Shown here: in pieces, positions 14,454 through 27,828 of the stretch
Numbering within the stretch: position 1 is the first letter of the stretch
Layout: every line of letters begins with the position of its first letter
NCBI GenBank assembly: GCA_050575255.1
Contig: JBNZDD010013689.1
Coordinates: 1,716,031-1,780,030 of the forward strand
Length of the DNA: 64,000 nt
Origin: Harriotta raleighana
Lineage: Eukaryota
Reading direction: 5' to 3'
The notes under the pieces: model-generated
Database searches by the model: none
Told to the model about the DNA's origin: nothing
What the model saw: only the letters and a program-made list of their open reading frames with translations
Position numbers and translations under genes: made by a program

Positions 14454-14764
14454 TAATAAGAATTATCCTTGCATTTGATATATCGCTTTTCATGTCTTCC
14501 AGACATCTCAAAGTGCTTCACAGAATATACTGTGCAGTGAAGTGATTGCATCTATGTGGGCGAAACGCAGCAGCCAATTGCACACAGCTGTGTTGTACAA
14601 ACAGTTGTGGATTGAAATGACCAATTTATTAGTGGGTTTTTTGGAGGGATTATTATTTAGGCATGTGGAGTAAGGAAACTTACTCAAGCTTTTACCCTGC
14701 CTGGAATTGAACCCAGGTCTCTTGCTTGTAAGGCGCGTGCTCTAACCACAGCTACAGGATTCTA
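14454..14764 (-). mobile_element. tRNA-derived SINE, full length
   Basis: Reverse complement of the same family. Confidence 0.88.
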
Positions 14765-16747
14765 CGCATGGTTGATTGCAACGAAGCAATCAACCACTTC
14801 CACCCTCAGATAATAAGGGAGAGAGCATTTCCCCCTCCTTCCATGAGATGGAGGGAAACAGTTAATAAATCTCAAGTTCTCGAGCTGGCATTCCAGAGAG
14901 TGGGAGCAGGTAGACTGGAACCAATGTAACAGCACATAGGGCAAGTGACATGAAGCAGGCCAGTACCTACTGAGCAAATCTAAAATGATAGAACAAGCCT
15001 AGTCTAGTTCCTAACCAGAGAAGATAATAATAATTCTTGCATTTGTGATGAGGCACTATACCAAATGCAAGGATTATTATTATAGAAGCATGTCTGTCTC
15101 CAGTAAAAGATGTAGAACAAAATACTCTGGGCTTCCTGGCATTGAATGAGTTAGAGCAAAAAATTTTAATTTTGATTCAGGTCACAAGGGTGACTAAGGA
15201 CTGTGGAGAGGTGGAGTCACATGTCCGAAAAGAATATTTAAAAGAATATTAGGCAAGGCAAAATAATAAAATTCAGAGGAGCAGTAATAACTAAACTACA
15301 GATAAGAAAGGTTGCAAGGTAGAAAGGAAAAGCAAGACAGAGAGAAGTTGGTTCATCTATCAGATGATAAGTCTCATTTTGCTTGCATTGAAAAGGCAAT
15401 CACAATGACTTATTCCTCATTAAACAATGTAGCTGGCTTGAATTTTGGACAACGTTTAACACAAAATTTATCATCTATTCCTGCAATATAAATGTAAAGA
15501 TAGTGAGCCAAGAAACAGCTCACAATAATTAATGTAATGGGTTCCTGTGGAGAGTTGGACACGTAACACATGGCATGGGAAAAAGATTCCAGTGTGTCAA
15601 GCCTCTGAAAAGGTTGTTTAATGTTACTGACTGCGCTTTTATACATTAACTACTGGTGTGGCTGAATCAGTCACTGTGGGCAGCTGCTCTGGAAGATTGT
15701 GTTCAGGGCTCCTGTGCAGAAAGCAAATAAAACTAGTGAAGTCATGACCGAGAAGTAAAATTCCCCTGAACTCCCAACCTGATACATACCAGAAGCAAAG
15801 CCATGGCGATCACTCGGGTTCAAACTTCCAAAAAGTGTTCGTGAGAAAGCGCTATCCTGCCCGAGTGTGAATGACCCTGAGTTTGTAAGCATTCCATGGT
15901 TAACGTGATAAGAGTTAGCCTTTTAACCCATCACTATTTTGGGAGCTAGCGGATGACACACAGAAAGTTCCTTGTGTCTGGAATGGAATGCTCACTCTCT
16001 CCTTGGATGGTCACACCCTCCTTACCTAATTCTGGAGTCCATTAGCCAGGCCTGCGAGAGCCAAATCTTGAGGAGCATTGGAGAACTGGAGTTTAACCAG
16101 CTAATAACCATAGCTTGCCATTGAAAGCACTGCCTGACAAGCTACCCACTGCTTATCCAGCTAGGACAACCAGAGATGTTTTCTGTTTCAGATTTCCAGC
16201 ATCTGCAGTATTTTGTGTTTTTGTTATTTATATTAAGGCTTTGGCTTGCGGGCTTAACAGATGAGTGGGAAGAATCTTTGAACCAACTGATGGATCTGTC
16301 ATCAGCAAGGTTTTGGTTTTACAGAGGATTGACTCACAAAGCTCCCAAAACTGAGTGATAGTATTTATTATAATAATATAATAAGCTTCACAGTGTATCC
16401 TGTAAAGTGAATTGATTGTGTATTTTGTGGGTAAAACACAGGACAGCTAGGTAAAGTAACAAAACGGGCCCACGGTTGTGCCCTGATCTGCAGGAGTATC
16501 ACCTTTTATAATTCAGTTGAAAAAGTATGGAGCTACGCGTTTTTGTTAAGAAAAGGGTGATAACATAGATCATCACTGCACAGAATCAGGCAGTTCAGCC
16601 CATCAACTCTGCACTGTTTGTTTTCTCCAAGAGTCACCTCCAGTCTAATCCCACTTTCCTGCTTGCTCTCCATATAATCTATTTCCCTATCAAGCATCTT
16701 TATGGTAAACCTTATTTTGACAAAATAAGTGCTTATCAGTAGTTATT

Positions 16748-17047
16748 ATAATAATAATCCTCGCAATTGATACAACGCTTTTCATGTCTTCTAGCCGTCT
16801 CAAAGCGCTTCGCAGAATACGCTGTAAAGTGAATTGACTGTATATATGTGGGCGAAACGTGGCAGTCAATTGCGCCCAGCAGTTTCCCACAAACAGTCGT
16901 GGATTGAAATGACCAATTTTTTTTTTGAGGGATTATTTTTAGGAGTGTGGAGTAAGGAAACTTGCCCAAGGTTTCACCCTGCCTGGAATTGAACCCAGGT
17001 CTCTTGCTTGTAAGGCAAGCGCTCTAACCACTGAGCTACAGGACTCC
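16748..17047 (-). mobile_element. tRNA-derived SINE, full length
   Basis: Reverse complement of the same family. Confidence 0.9.
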
Positions 17048-17374
17048 TCATATGCTGTTAGGGCAACAGGTCAGGTTTGAATAAATGTTGGTGTGGTAGC
17101 TGGATGTCCTCCCGACTTGAAAGGTGCTCTATAAATGTAACTTTGTTGTTGTTGTAGATAACTTCTTATTATTTCAAATCGATTAGACTTGAGGTTAGTG
17201 TCAATTTATGCAGACCTTTCCCCTCAGTTTTAGAAAGACATGGCAGGATTAGACTCTACATTCTCTGTGGAAAGAGGGTTTACCACGTAAATAATCCTTA
17301 CATTTAAAATAACGCCTTTCATTATTTCATTATTATCGTTGATGTTGATGTTGTTTATTGTTGTTGTTTAATTC

Positions 17375-17655
17375 CCCCCTGCCCTTTCCCCCTCCTTTTT
17401 CTTCTTCTTCCGTCTCTTCCTTTCCCCCTTTCCTCCCTCTTCTCTCTTTCTCCCAATTTCTCCCTGATTTTGCCTCCCACCCACCTTTCCCTCCCTCTTC
17501 CCCCTTGCCACCATTTCTCCCTTGTTGTCCTCCCTGATTTCCCCCTTGTCCCCCTTTCTCCCCCTTGTCCCCATTTTTCTCCCTGATTTTGTCCCATCCG
17601 CTTTTCCCTCTGTTTCCTCCCTTGCCATATTTTCCCCCTTTCTCCCCCGTTTCCG
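17375..17655. repeat. Polypyrimidine low-complexity tract
   Basis: Almost entirely C/T over ~280 nt; possibly low-quality sequence. Confidence 0.7.
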
Positions 17656-18452
17656 TGTCTGTTTGTGGGACAGTGCTGTGCGCAATTTGGCTGCCGCATT
17701 TCGCCCCCAAATATACACCTGGTTTTCCTGCTCTCTTTCCCTTACCCCGACCCCTCCCATTACCCTCTTTCCCACTTTCATCCCTGGCCCCTCACTTCCA
17801 CGACTGTTTGTGGGACCCTGCTGTGCGCGATTTGGCTGCCGTGTTTCGCCCACAAATATACAGTCAATTTTCCTACTCCTTCCCTACCACAACCCCTCCC
17901 ACCCTACTCTGGCNCCCTTCCCCCCCCCCCCCCCCCCGCTCTGGTCCTTGCTTTGTCGTATTTTGTAAAGCGCTTTGGAACGTCGATAAGATGTGGAAAG
18001 CACTATGTAAATCTAAGTATTATTATATTATTATCTCATGTCGGCGGGAAGTTCTCAAAGCACTTTACGGAATATACTGTAATGTGTTGTGACTATTTTG
18101 CAGGAAAATGTAGGAGCCAATTTGTGCACAACCATGTCTTTGAAGCATTGAAGCTTGATGCCTTGATGGTCCTTACTCATTCTACCCATTCTTATATTAA
18201 GGGTGGGCAGGGTGGACCTCTATGGAAATAGCGGGCATCAATTAACTAGAGCCAGACCTATTAGTCAAAACAAATTATGCGAGAAGTGGAAATGCAGAAC
18301 AGAGAGACTCTAATTCAACTCTAATATTCTTTTGATCCTTTATTTATCCTGGCACTCACATTTTTCATTCAGTGGTTTGGGTGATTTTGTATAAATGCTT
18401 CAAATCAAAACTCAAAATGTGTGGAGAACTCTTGAGTGCTGTAACAGTCCGC

Positions 18453-18660
18453 CCAACCTAAACCAGCCCACCCTAGCCCAGCCCTGTCTAACACAATCTA
18501 GCCTAGCCCTGCCCAGCCAGCATAATCCAGCCCAGCCTAGCCTCGCCCAGTTTACCTTGCCCAGCCTATCCCAGCCCTAACCAGCCAACCCCAGCCCTGA
18601 CTAGTCCACATTATCCGTCCTAGTCCAGTCTACCAAACCAGCCCTAGCCAGCCCAGCCCA
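18453..18660. repeat. Degenerate (CCAGC/CTAGC)n pentamer microsatellite
   Basis: Runs such as ccagcccagcctagcctcgcccag. Confidence 0.8.
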
Positions 18661-18969
18661 CGCTGAGGATCTGGCAAAAGTAAGCAAGAAATTGGAGGCA
18701 TAAATAAATGGCCCAACTATTCTTCCACTTCCAGTGGGTTGGGGAGGGCTGCGGTGTGGGGGAGTATTCATCTCATTATATTCCGTTTGTTCACTGTCTA
18801 AATAGTGGTGGAGCAGCAACAACAATTTTTATTTATATGGTGCCCATCACACAGGGAAGCATCTTAGCGTGCTTAACAGTGACGAAGCCTGGGCTGGGGG
18901 GAGGAGACCATAGGCACAATCGAACAGGATGGTCTGCAAATGGGGAAGGAGGGGGCAAGGCAGAACATG

Positions 18970-19285
18970 GATTGGATTCCAGTGTAGGGTGAAAGCTCAG
19001 GCAAATCTCCTTACTCCATATGCCTCTGTTTACGAAGCATTAAGTAGGAACCTGGTATTGTTAGTTGACTGGCAGATTGCCATCCGGGAGTAATAATCCC
19101 TCCAAAAGAATATGTTTTTGATAACTCAATCCACTACTATTTGTGGCACAATGCTGTGTTCCATTTGCTTCGCATTTCTCCAACAAAATACACAGTTAAT
19201 CCACTTCATAATATCTACTGTGAAGCACTTTGATACATCTCAACTACGTGATAAGGGACTATGTTACATGCAAGGATTATTATTA
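18970..19285 (+). mobile_element. tRNA-derived SINE, long variant, diverged
   Basis: Family body and tail plus the extra ~60-nt segment (cctctgtttac...gattgccatccggg). Confidence 0.75.
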
Positions 19286-20034
19286 CCGTATTACATATCC
19301 ACCCTCCCAGACTCCCATAACAGCATCAAGCTATTTATTTTTAATGAGTCCAGTATCCTGGTGTTAACAGTCCTTTCTGGCTACCTGGTCCAGTTGTAAA
19401 TTACTTTCTTGGCAAAAAGTATTCCTGGCATCTGCATGCAATTGTACTTTCCAACTTTAAACTTTTGAGTGCAACTGCTTACCAGATTTGCTACGATTAA
19501 CAATCTCTGAACGTGACAATAATTAGCTGTGGAGTACTTTCGGGCGTTTCAATGTGATAGATGTTATATTAGATACAAGGGTTGTTATTATCTCACTCCT
19601 TGCCCTCTCTGTCTGGCTTTGACAAAAGTGCTCATTGCACATCTAAAGGTTTAGAAGGAAAAAAAGGTGCAAATGTGAGGAATTGTGATGGTCTGGGAGA
19701 GAGGGCAGGAAGGATGGCGAGCACTGAATTAACAGTAAATTAGCCAGCAAGCATTTGCCATTCACTACTTTATGAAAAGAAGGAAATTCATTTTGACATC
19801 AGAGAGAGTTATTTAAAGCATTAAAGAATACTGCAGCACTCTAGAAGTTAAAGTATATTTAGCAATGACATGCGTGTATTCCTTCCACTGAACACCTTAA
19901 ATTGCCTGGACAGCCTGTGAAATCTTTAAGCAGTATATAAGGAGTGAGTGACTTTAAAAAGTATGGAATGAGGTCTGGAAGAGGAAAGTGCTTCCTTCCT
20001 ATTACCCTTTAAAAAACTTTGGTCAGTTTTAATC

Positions 20035-20200
20035 TGTATAAATGACCTCGACTTGGGTATTGAGAGCACAATTTTCAAGTTTGCAGGTCACACTAAGTTA
20101 GGAAGAGTAGTAAACGGTGAGGAGGAGCAGGGTTATGGGATTGATTTGGATACCTCTTTTCAAAGAGCCAGTCCAGGCATGATGAGCCAATTGGCTTCTT
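20035..20200 (+). mobile_element. CR1-like LINE fragment
   Basis: aatgacctcgac...ttcaagtttgcaggtcacactaagttagga (decayed INDL...KFADDTKLG) joined to 3' UTR-like sequence. Confidence 0.6.
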
Positions 20201-20204
20201 TTTG

Positions 20205-21165
20205 TGCTGGATGAGAGCTAACTTTCTACAGCTGAATGTCAACAAGACAGAGGTCCTACTGATTGGCTTGCGCCAGGGGCTTCATGCATCAGGTGCTGGC
20301 AGCATCAACCACCATGGTTGCTCACTCAACCTCACCAAGCCAGTCAGTAACCTAGTTGTCTTGTTCGACCTTCAACAGTCTTTCCTCCGCCATATCCAAG
20401 CAATGACACGCTCTGCCTTTCCCCATCTCCGCAAAATTGCCCTACTCCGCCATTACCTCACACTCAAATCCGCTGAAACCCTCATTTACGCTTTCATTAC
20501 ATCCAGGCTCGATTATGCAAATGTCCTGCTTGTCAGCCTTCCCAATTCCTCCCTCCCCAGGCTGCAGATAATCCAGAACTCTGTGTTCTCCATCGTTCCA
20601 AACTCCCTGACCTCCCCCATCCTCGCCCAACTCCATTGGCTCCCCATCATCCAGAGGATCCAATTCAAGATCCTGCTCCTCACATTCAAAGCCCTCCACA
20701 ACCTCGCCCCACCCTACATCTGTAACCTCTTATCCCCTTACCAACCTGCCTGCCCCCTCCGCTCAGCAAACTCTGGCATGCTCCACGTCTCCCGACCCAC
20801 CCGCCCCACCATTGGCGGGTGAGCTTTTAGCCACTCTGCCCCCAACCTCTGGAAGTCCATCCTGCAGTCTCTCCGCCTTGTCCCCTCCCTGGCCTCCTTT
20901 TAAGTCTTGCCTCAAGACTCTCCTCTTCTATGGACCCATCGGCAACTCCTAATCGCCCCCTTCCCCCCCACCCATCCCTGTCCTTAGCTCGTGTTTGAAG
21001 CAGTGACTATCCAGTGCCTTGGGACGTCCTCCTGACATGAACAACAACAACAAAATTACACTTGTATAGCGCCTTTCACGTCGGGAGGACGTCCCCAAGC
21101 GCTGAACAGTCAGGTTGGGACCCGCACTATACTATATGAAAGGCACTATACAAGTGTAATTTTTC
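20205..21165 (+). mobile_element. L2 LINE 3' portion (C-terminal ORF2), 5'-truncated
   Basis: WMRANFLQLNVNKTEVLL...[11 protein letters not shown]...LHWLPI-QRIQFKILLLTFKAL motifs of L2-clade ORF2; tail interrupted by a nested insert. Confidence 0.9.
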
Positions 21166-21824
21166 TATATGCACTGACATTACAAAAAAGGATTGCTGCC
21201 CACCAAAGGAAATGCCTGTTATCTCTACAGCAAAATTTTCTCTTGCATATAGTTATTGCTAATTTGTTGCCTGTAATTTTAACAAGGTCTCTTGAAGTTG
21301 GATTAAGTCCTGCAGCCTCACAAAGAACTTCAGAGCCAGCCTATCCTGTTATTTCTCTTATTTACTGTATTGCCATAGTGATGTTGCTTGTCTCATAGGC
21401 AGCGTTGAGTTTGAGCAGCACAGTTTATAGTCTGGAAAGTATTCGACTACCCCCAGATTCAGTTGTTACAGATCCTCCTTCAATATTCTGCCAATCTACT
21501 AGTATTTCTGAATCCCCAGGCTATACATTATACTGTATCATAATTTTTTGAGCATTCTGAATATCTGCTCGCTGTTGCCATCAATAGTTCAGTCTACAGA
21601 ACTCTGCTGTCAAATGTGATAGTTGAAGTAATTCAGTTACCAGTTCCAAAAATGTGGCCTCACATTCAGGTCAGAAAATAGAAATAGAGAGTTGCTTGGA
21701 TTTGAGTGAAGATCTTATAGAGAAGCTGTGAAAGATTTGACGTGCAAATAAAAAAGAATGAATAAGTATCAATCCTTAGCTCATCTTACATGTACCAGGT
21801 GTTATCTTGACTTGTATGGCTCCC

Positions 21825-21995
21825 CTCAAAGTCAGAAATTTGTGGGTTTAAGCCCTGACAATCCAGACTGGAATCTCGTGCCATAGTTGTAAGTGCTATC
21901 TTTCAGATGAGAAATAAACCAAATTCCCATCTGCTGGTTAGATTAACTAGTCATTCACTTGAAGGCTGTTTGTGGGACTTTGCTGTCAAATTTAC
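21825..21995 (+). mobile_element. Old DeuSINE-like fragment
   Basis: gtgctatctttcagatgagaaataaacc resembles the Deu-domain core, followed by ctgtttgtgggactttgctgt. Confidence 0.55.
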
Positions 21996-22820
21996 CGACA
22001 AAATCATTTGACAGCTTGGACTTTTCAAATGTAACAAGTCACTGTGAAAATGCATTTTTTTGTGGATAAAATCAAAACAAAAGCACTATACCTTAAAAAA
22101 CCCATGTACACTTGTCTACAATGTGGACAGTTTGTATGGAAGGATTTTATTTTCCCAGAAGAAACTCTAAAGCTTTACACCAAAGGTGAAGAGTGGAAGA
22201 ACAACAAAGTTTTAAAACCTCAATTTTAAGCACACGCAAATGGTTTGGTCCAAAATTAACATGTAATAATGATAATAATCCTTGCATTTGATATAGTGAT
22301 TTTCACGTCTTCTAGACTTCTCAAATCGCTTCAAGGAATATCCTGTAAAGTGAATTGACTGTATATTTTTAGACGCACACACTGTTGGCAGTCTTGGATA
22401 TAAAATCATTGTATAATAAATAATAATAAATAAATTCAATGTAGGCTTGTTTTACATGTTCGTTTACACAATTACACACATCTGAATCATACCTGCGCAG
22501 AAATGAGTCTGCTAGTAAGTGAAGAAGAATTTGAGGTGTAGTGCAACTTCCAAGAACCTAGAATAGTTAACAATAACAATAACAACAACAAAATTACCTT
22601 TGTATCACACCTTTCATGTCGGCAACAGTTCCCAAGGTGCTGAATGAAGCACCCAAACCTATCACAGCTCCTCAATGCACTGCTTTTAGCAAGAAAATGG
22701 GTAACTGATATTCATTGCTGTTAGTAATCGAGCAAGCCCTCGGTTTTGCTGCAATTACAGGGTAAAAACTGGAAAGGAAATGCTTGCTTCAGATATTCAG
22801 ATTTTTGTGTGCACAGTTTC

Positions 22821-23139
22821 TAATAATAATCCTTGCATTTGATATAACACTTTTCACGTCTTATCGACGTCTCAAAGCGCTTCACAGAATATACTATGAA
22901 GTGAATTGACTGTATATTTATGGGCGAAATGCAGGCAGCCAATCGCCCACAGCAGCATCCCACAAACAGACGTGGATTGAAATGACCAATTTTGGTATTG
23001 TGGTATTTTTGGATGGATTATTATTAGGTGTGTGGAGTAAGAAAACTTCCCCAAGGTTTCGCCCCGATCTGCCTGGATTCAAACATGAGTCTCACACTGG
23101 TAAGGCGAGTGCTCTAACCACTGAGCTACAGGAGCTCCA
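22821..23139 (-). mobile_element. tRNA-derived SINE, full length
   Basis: Reverse complement of the same family. Confidence 0.9.
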
Positions 23140-23429
23140 CGCTCAGGAGCTCTGTGTGCTCAGTGGGGCTTATTGGTACTGGAACAAGAAAAAGTATCTG
23201 AGCCAATAACAGCTTTGGCACATTGTAGTTTGTAGTGGTTGGAGCACTTTTCTGTTACTACAGGAGCAAAGCATCAAGTGCAGTGCCATAGGCACTTTGC
23301 TCCAGGCCAGAGTATGTGCAGGGAACAATTTAGATAATGGTTTCAGAGTTTATTATGACCTGCTTGGTGAGACTGTTCATTGCACTGTTATGCTGGAATA
23401 TGAAAATTTTACAGCTGCATTTCTGCAGA

Positions 23430-23910
23430 GAAACATCGTATAGAAACGGGTGTGGGCCATTCAGCACCTTGATCCCGTTCCGACATTCTTCAAGATCAGA
23501 GCTGATTTGTACTCAAGTCCAATTAACCACCCTTGCCCCATATCCCTTAATACCTCGATCGAACAAATATCTGACCATCTCAGCCTTGAAGATGTGAATG
23601 CATCCAGCATTCACAGCCTTTTGAGGGTGAGAGTTCCAGATTTCCACTTCCCTTTGGGTGAAAAAGTTAATTTCACTCCTACCTCTAATTTTAAGATTAT
23701 GCCCGCTTAATCCGGATTCTCCTACCAGAGGAAATAGTTCACATATTTTGTGCCGATAACAACTTTAAAAGAGAGGTAGACATTTATTTGGGGAGGACGG
23801 GTTTGAGCGGTTATGGGGAGAGCTGGGGTGTGGGATTAAATTGCTCTTTTTAAAGAGCCGGCACAGACAAGATGGGCCGAATGGCATCCTTTTGTGCCAA
23901 AAGTTTCTAT
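23430..23910. mobile_element. Two CR1-like 3' fragments in opposite orientations
   Basis: Minus copy ~23430-23740 (ggccattcagc...gagagttccagatttc); plus copy ~23760-23910 (gatgggccgaatggc). Confidence 0.62.
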
Positions 23911-25079
23911 ATTAAGACCTTTTTACAAAGAGAAATCACGACAATGTATCCACTTCTGAGGACAAGTCACGTAAGGTACTATTAACTTAATTGCTCTGGC
24001 ATTGAGAGCTGCATATGCACATTTGAACAATGATGTGCCTTGCGTATCATCATTTATCATCATTATACGTAAGTTTAATTCCGTAGTGACAGGCAAATTG
24101 CCTAGATCATCCTCTTAGGTCCAGAATGCTTTGAAAACCACATCCTATGTTTGGAACACATTAATGACTGAACAACAATACTAATGAAATCAAGATTAAA
24201 AATGCCATTTGTTCCTGGAGAGAAAAAAATTGGTAAGTGGAGATTTGAAAGTCTCATTTTTGTACTTGGAAACTTCTGTACTGTGGTTCCTTAGGTTCAT
24301 ACTGAGGTAACTCAGAGAGAAGTGGTTTGTGTTAACCTTGTCCCAACAAAAGGCTAAACTACCATCTTCAATGCCCATGATAAACTCCTCAGTTTAGATT
24401 CCCTGTAGATGTGGCCAGAATATGGCAATTTCTGCAACTGGTTCATTTAGGATTTGGAAGCAACAATTCAGATGGCAGACTTTTTAAGTATGGAAATTAC
24501 ATTCCTCAAATAAGCTTCAAAGTTTTTCAAAGAATTTGAGTTAAATGCAAACAGACGCTGACACCATGGCCTTGCTGTTAAAACAATGTGCATTTGTTTT
24601 AAACTTGTTTTTAAAGTTATGTTTTGTACCTCACCCCTGAGAACTGCACGAAAATGTTGAAACTCAGTACTACAGCCAAAAAACAGCTTACAGTGTTATG
24701 TTTCACATCTATACTCATAAAGTATAAGATCTTGAGAATGGTACTGCTGAAGGGATTCAAATGCTGGTTCCCTTTGCAAGCCCTTCACACTCTGCAGATT
24801 GATGGATGGCAATTTACCACTCGTTCTCAATCTAAATCCTAAAGCTGGAAATGAGCAAGTCTAAGAGACATGTAGGAATTTAATCATATTTTTGCACTGT
24901 AAGAGTTTCTGTTTAGATCAGGATTTTCTCAAAAATAGAGATAAATTGTGCTTATCTGCAAGTTGCTGGAATTCAGCAATTCAATCCTAACAGAAATAGC
25001 AAACCATTGAATTAAATTATATCCATTACACAAAAAAAATTGACATCTATAATAGATTGTTGTATTTAGATTTCATTTT

Positions 25080-25345
25080 TAATAATAAACCTTGAATTTG
25101 ATATAGCGTCTTATCACATTGTCGCGATGTCTCAAAGTGCTCTATAGGATTTTTAGCCAGGACATTCTAAAAAACTCCATTCTCTTTTCAAATAGTGTAA
25201 TGCCCACTTGAACAAGCAGAAGGCACCTCAGTTTAATGCCTCGTCCGAAGGATGGCACTTTGACAATTCCCCCTCATGATGGGGCTTGATCTCACAAACC
25301 TATGACTCAAAGACGAGTGCTACCATTGCACCACACTGACAAACG
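25080..25345 (-). mobile_element. Old DeuSINE-like element
   Basis: cctcagtttaatgcctcgtccgaaggatggcac core (reverse), tRNA-like head remnant, SINE tail at 25080-25145. Confidence 0.55.
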
Positions 25346-26561
25346 GCAATGGAATGCCTTCAATTGGTAAATGAAAAATGGCTCATACGTAAATATTTGG
25401 ATTTGCATTCAAGTATTTGATTCAGGATTTTCTATATTAGGAATCAGTTAGGTCTCCCATCTAGAAAAATACACCAGCACTGACTGGCCTGGAAGGGCTG
25501 AATGGCATGTTTTTGCATTGCAACATTCTGGGATTCTATGAATGCACTCGATTCCTTCCACTAGCTTCAGGTATGAATTAATCTGCAGCCAAATCAACTG
25601 CATTAAAAAAACTGGCTTTGTGCTCAGGATATCTAGCTTGAATTTGTTTTGACAGTCCTAACTATTGTCTGCTAACAGCTGAGGTTGCATTTAGACAAGC
25701 ACTGGCACAAGGCTCCTGAAAAACCTCCCAGAAATCTGTATACGAGTTGGATAGCTAACACTTTGTCATAAATCAAACCATTTAGGAATTGAGCTTCTCA
25801 CATACAACCCCATTTCCCCATGAGCATTTAGACGCTGTAAGTATAATAATTCAAGACCAAAAGAGTGAGTGACCAATATGGCTAGAGAGAGATGCTCCTG
25901 GTGTATTTTTCTCCTCTTCCTAAAGGAATCTAGGAAATAAAATTGGTAGATATAGATGCTATACTAAATGTCAGTATTATGGTACTGTACTATTTTTCTA
26001 TTATTCAATAGCATTGGGTTTGTGATATGGTATGCCTAGTAAGAACTGTAAATTTGCCATCATTTTATGTCTTAGAATTTGACACTGTTGCAATTTATAC
26101 CATGAAGTCATTTGTACTGTACTATTACACTATTACTGGTGCTTTAAACTGTTGATACAAATGAAACACATAAAACAATATGACTTCTCTCCAGATGGGA
26201 GGCTTATACCTGCCAATAGTAGTATAGTAAGTAGTAGGAGACAATGCATATATTCATGTGCCTAGGTAGCATGCCCTACTCTATCAACACTGAGCATTTG
26301 AAGAAATAAGAAATCTATTATGCGGAACCCACTTCAGCGTGAAATCTACAGGTACTTGTGTACAAATCAACTGTTCTGAGGAAGCCAGACGCATCCTAGG
26401 AATTAATGCTCCAGTTTCTGTAGATGTTGCAATGAAATTCGCCACACATTTTCGAGACATTTACAGGGCTTATTATTATTTCAGACAGGATTTTTCAGGA
26501 CAAGACACACCACATCAAAAACAGATTGGGGCTGTCCAGCATAAATAATCCAGCACTCTGC

Positions 26562-26972
26562 AGCTCATGTCCACACCCACAAGAAGCTCCGCAACCACAT
26601 CGGCTCCCTACCGCTCCGACCTGCTGTCCCCCTATGAACCTCCACACCCACTCCATACAGCAGGCTCTGGGCTGCTTCATGTCCCCCGCCCAACCATCGG
26701 CAGACGGGCTTTTAGCCTCTATGCCCCCACACTCTGGAACTCCATCCCATAGTCCCCTCACCTCGCTCCCTCCCTCGCCTCCTTCAAGGCCGGTCTCAAG
26801 GTCCTCCTCTTCAAGCGTGCCTTTTGCTGCCCTCGTAACTCTCGCCCATCCCTCCGCCATTACCCTGCCCCTCTCCCTTGCTCGGGGCCTGAGCTGAAAG
26901 TTCAGCGCCTTGGGACGTCCTCCCAACGTGAAAGGCGCTCTATGAATGTAATTTTATAGTTACAATGTTGTA
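26562..26972 (+). mobile_element. L2 LINE 3' fragment
   Basis: ORF2 end (TIGRRAFSLYAPTLWNSIP), tail gcgccttgggacgtcctcccaacgtgaaaggcgc. Confidence 0.87.
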
Positions 26973-27828
26973 ATGATATGTGGGATGGCTTGCAATTCAG
27001 CAGTGACTGCTGTAAATATTAAATTAGGTATAGACAAGGATATGGTATCAAAAGTATAGAACAACAGCAATATGAGATTGGGTAACCAAGGTTGAAAATG
27101 TGCTGCCATATTTTAAAGTGGTATAATATCAATATTGTAATGTTATAACATTGATATATATCAAGCTTGGGGTTTTAAAAGCCTGAAAGATTACAGGAAG
27201 AATGGCCAATTGAGGGAGGCAAGGCATTCTGCAGCATTAAAGTTCTGGGAATGTTCGTGTTAAGAGTATGAGATGGTTCAAGTTAGTTTTGATTTCAACA
27301 AAAAGATTAAGATCAAAGGAAACCATGTTGGACCAAATGCTTGGAGCTTTAGAGAAACAAGAGAATAAAACATTTCAAATAATCAAACCTGCTCTCCTAT
27401 TCTTGTCACCCATAGTGGTTTCCTGCATTATAATCCTTTGGTCTCAACTGAGGTTTCTCAAACAATCAAAAATCCTACAGCACAGAATAAAAGCCATAAA
27501 CAAATTAAGGACCATTCAAGTCAAAGGTAAACGGATCACAATCTACTCAGTCTCTGCAATCACAAAATATTATCTTTAAATGGTGGAGTACTGTTTCAAA
27601 AAATGTTTTTTTTTGCTTCCCCAAGTAATGCTTTAAGCCTGAAAATCAAAACAAAGGCTGGCCTTTGGCCTTTCGCAATCCCCTCAGTTAGATTTGAAGA
27701 TTACGTTTTAGGCCACTTGAGCATTTGATCCTCCAGTTTTCTCCAAAATGTATTTGGCTAAATCTTGGATGTGTTGCCAAGCAAAATGCTGATGGCAGTC
27801 GCACAGAAGGAAAGAAGAACACTAAGAC

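Noticed and set aside
17333-18231. Several overlapping long ORFs (G/K/E-rich or P/F/L-rich)
   Set aside because: Produced by stop-poor low-complexity sequence and SINE fragments
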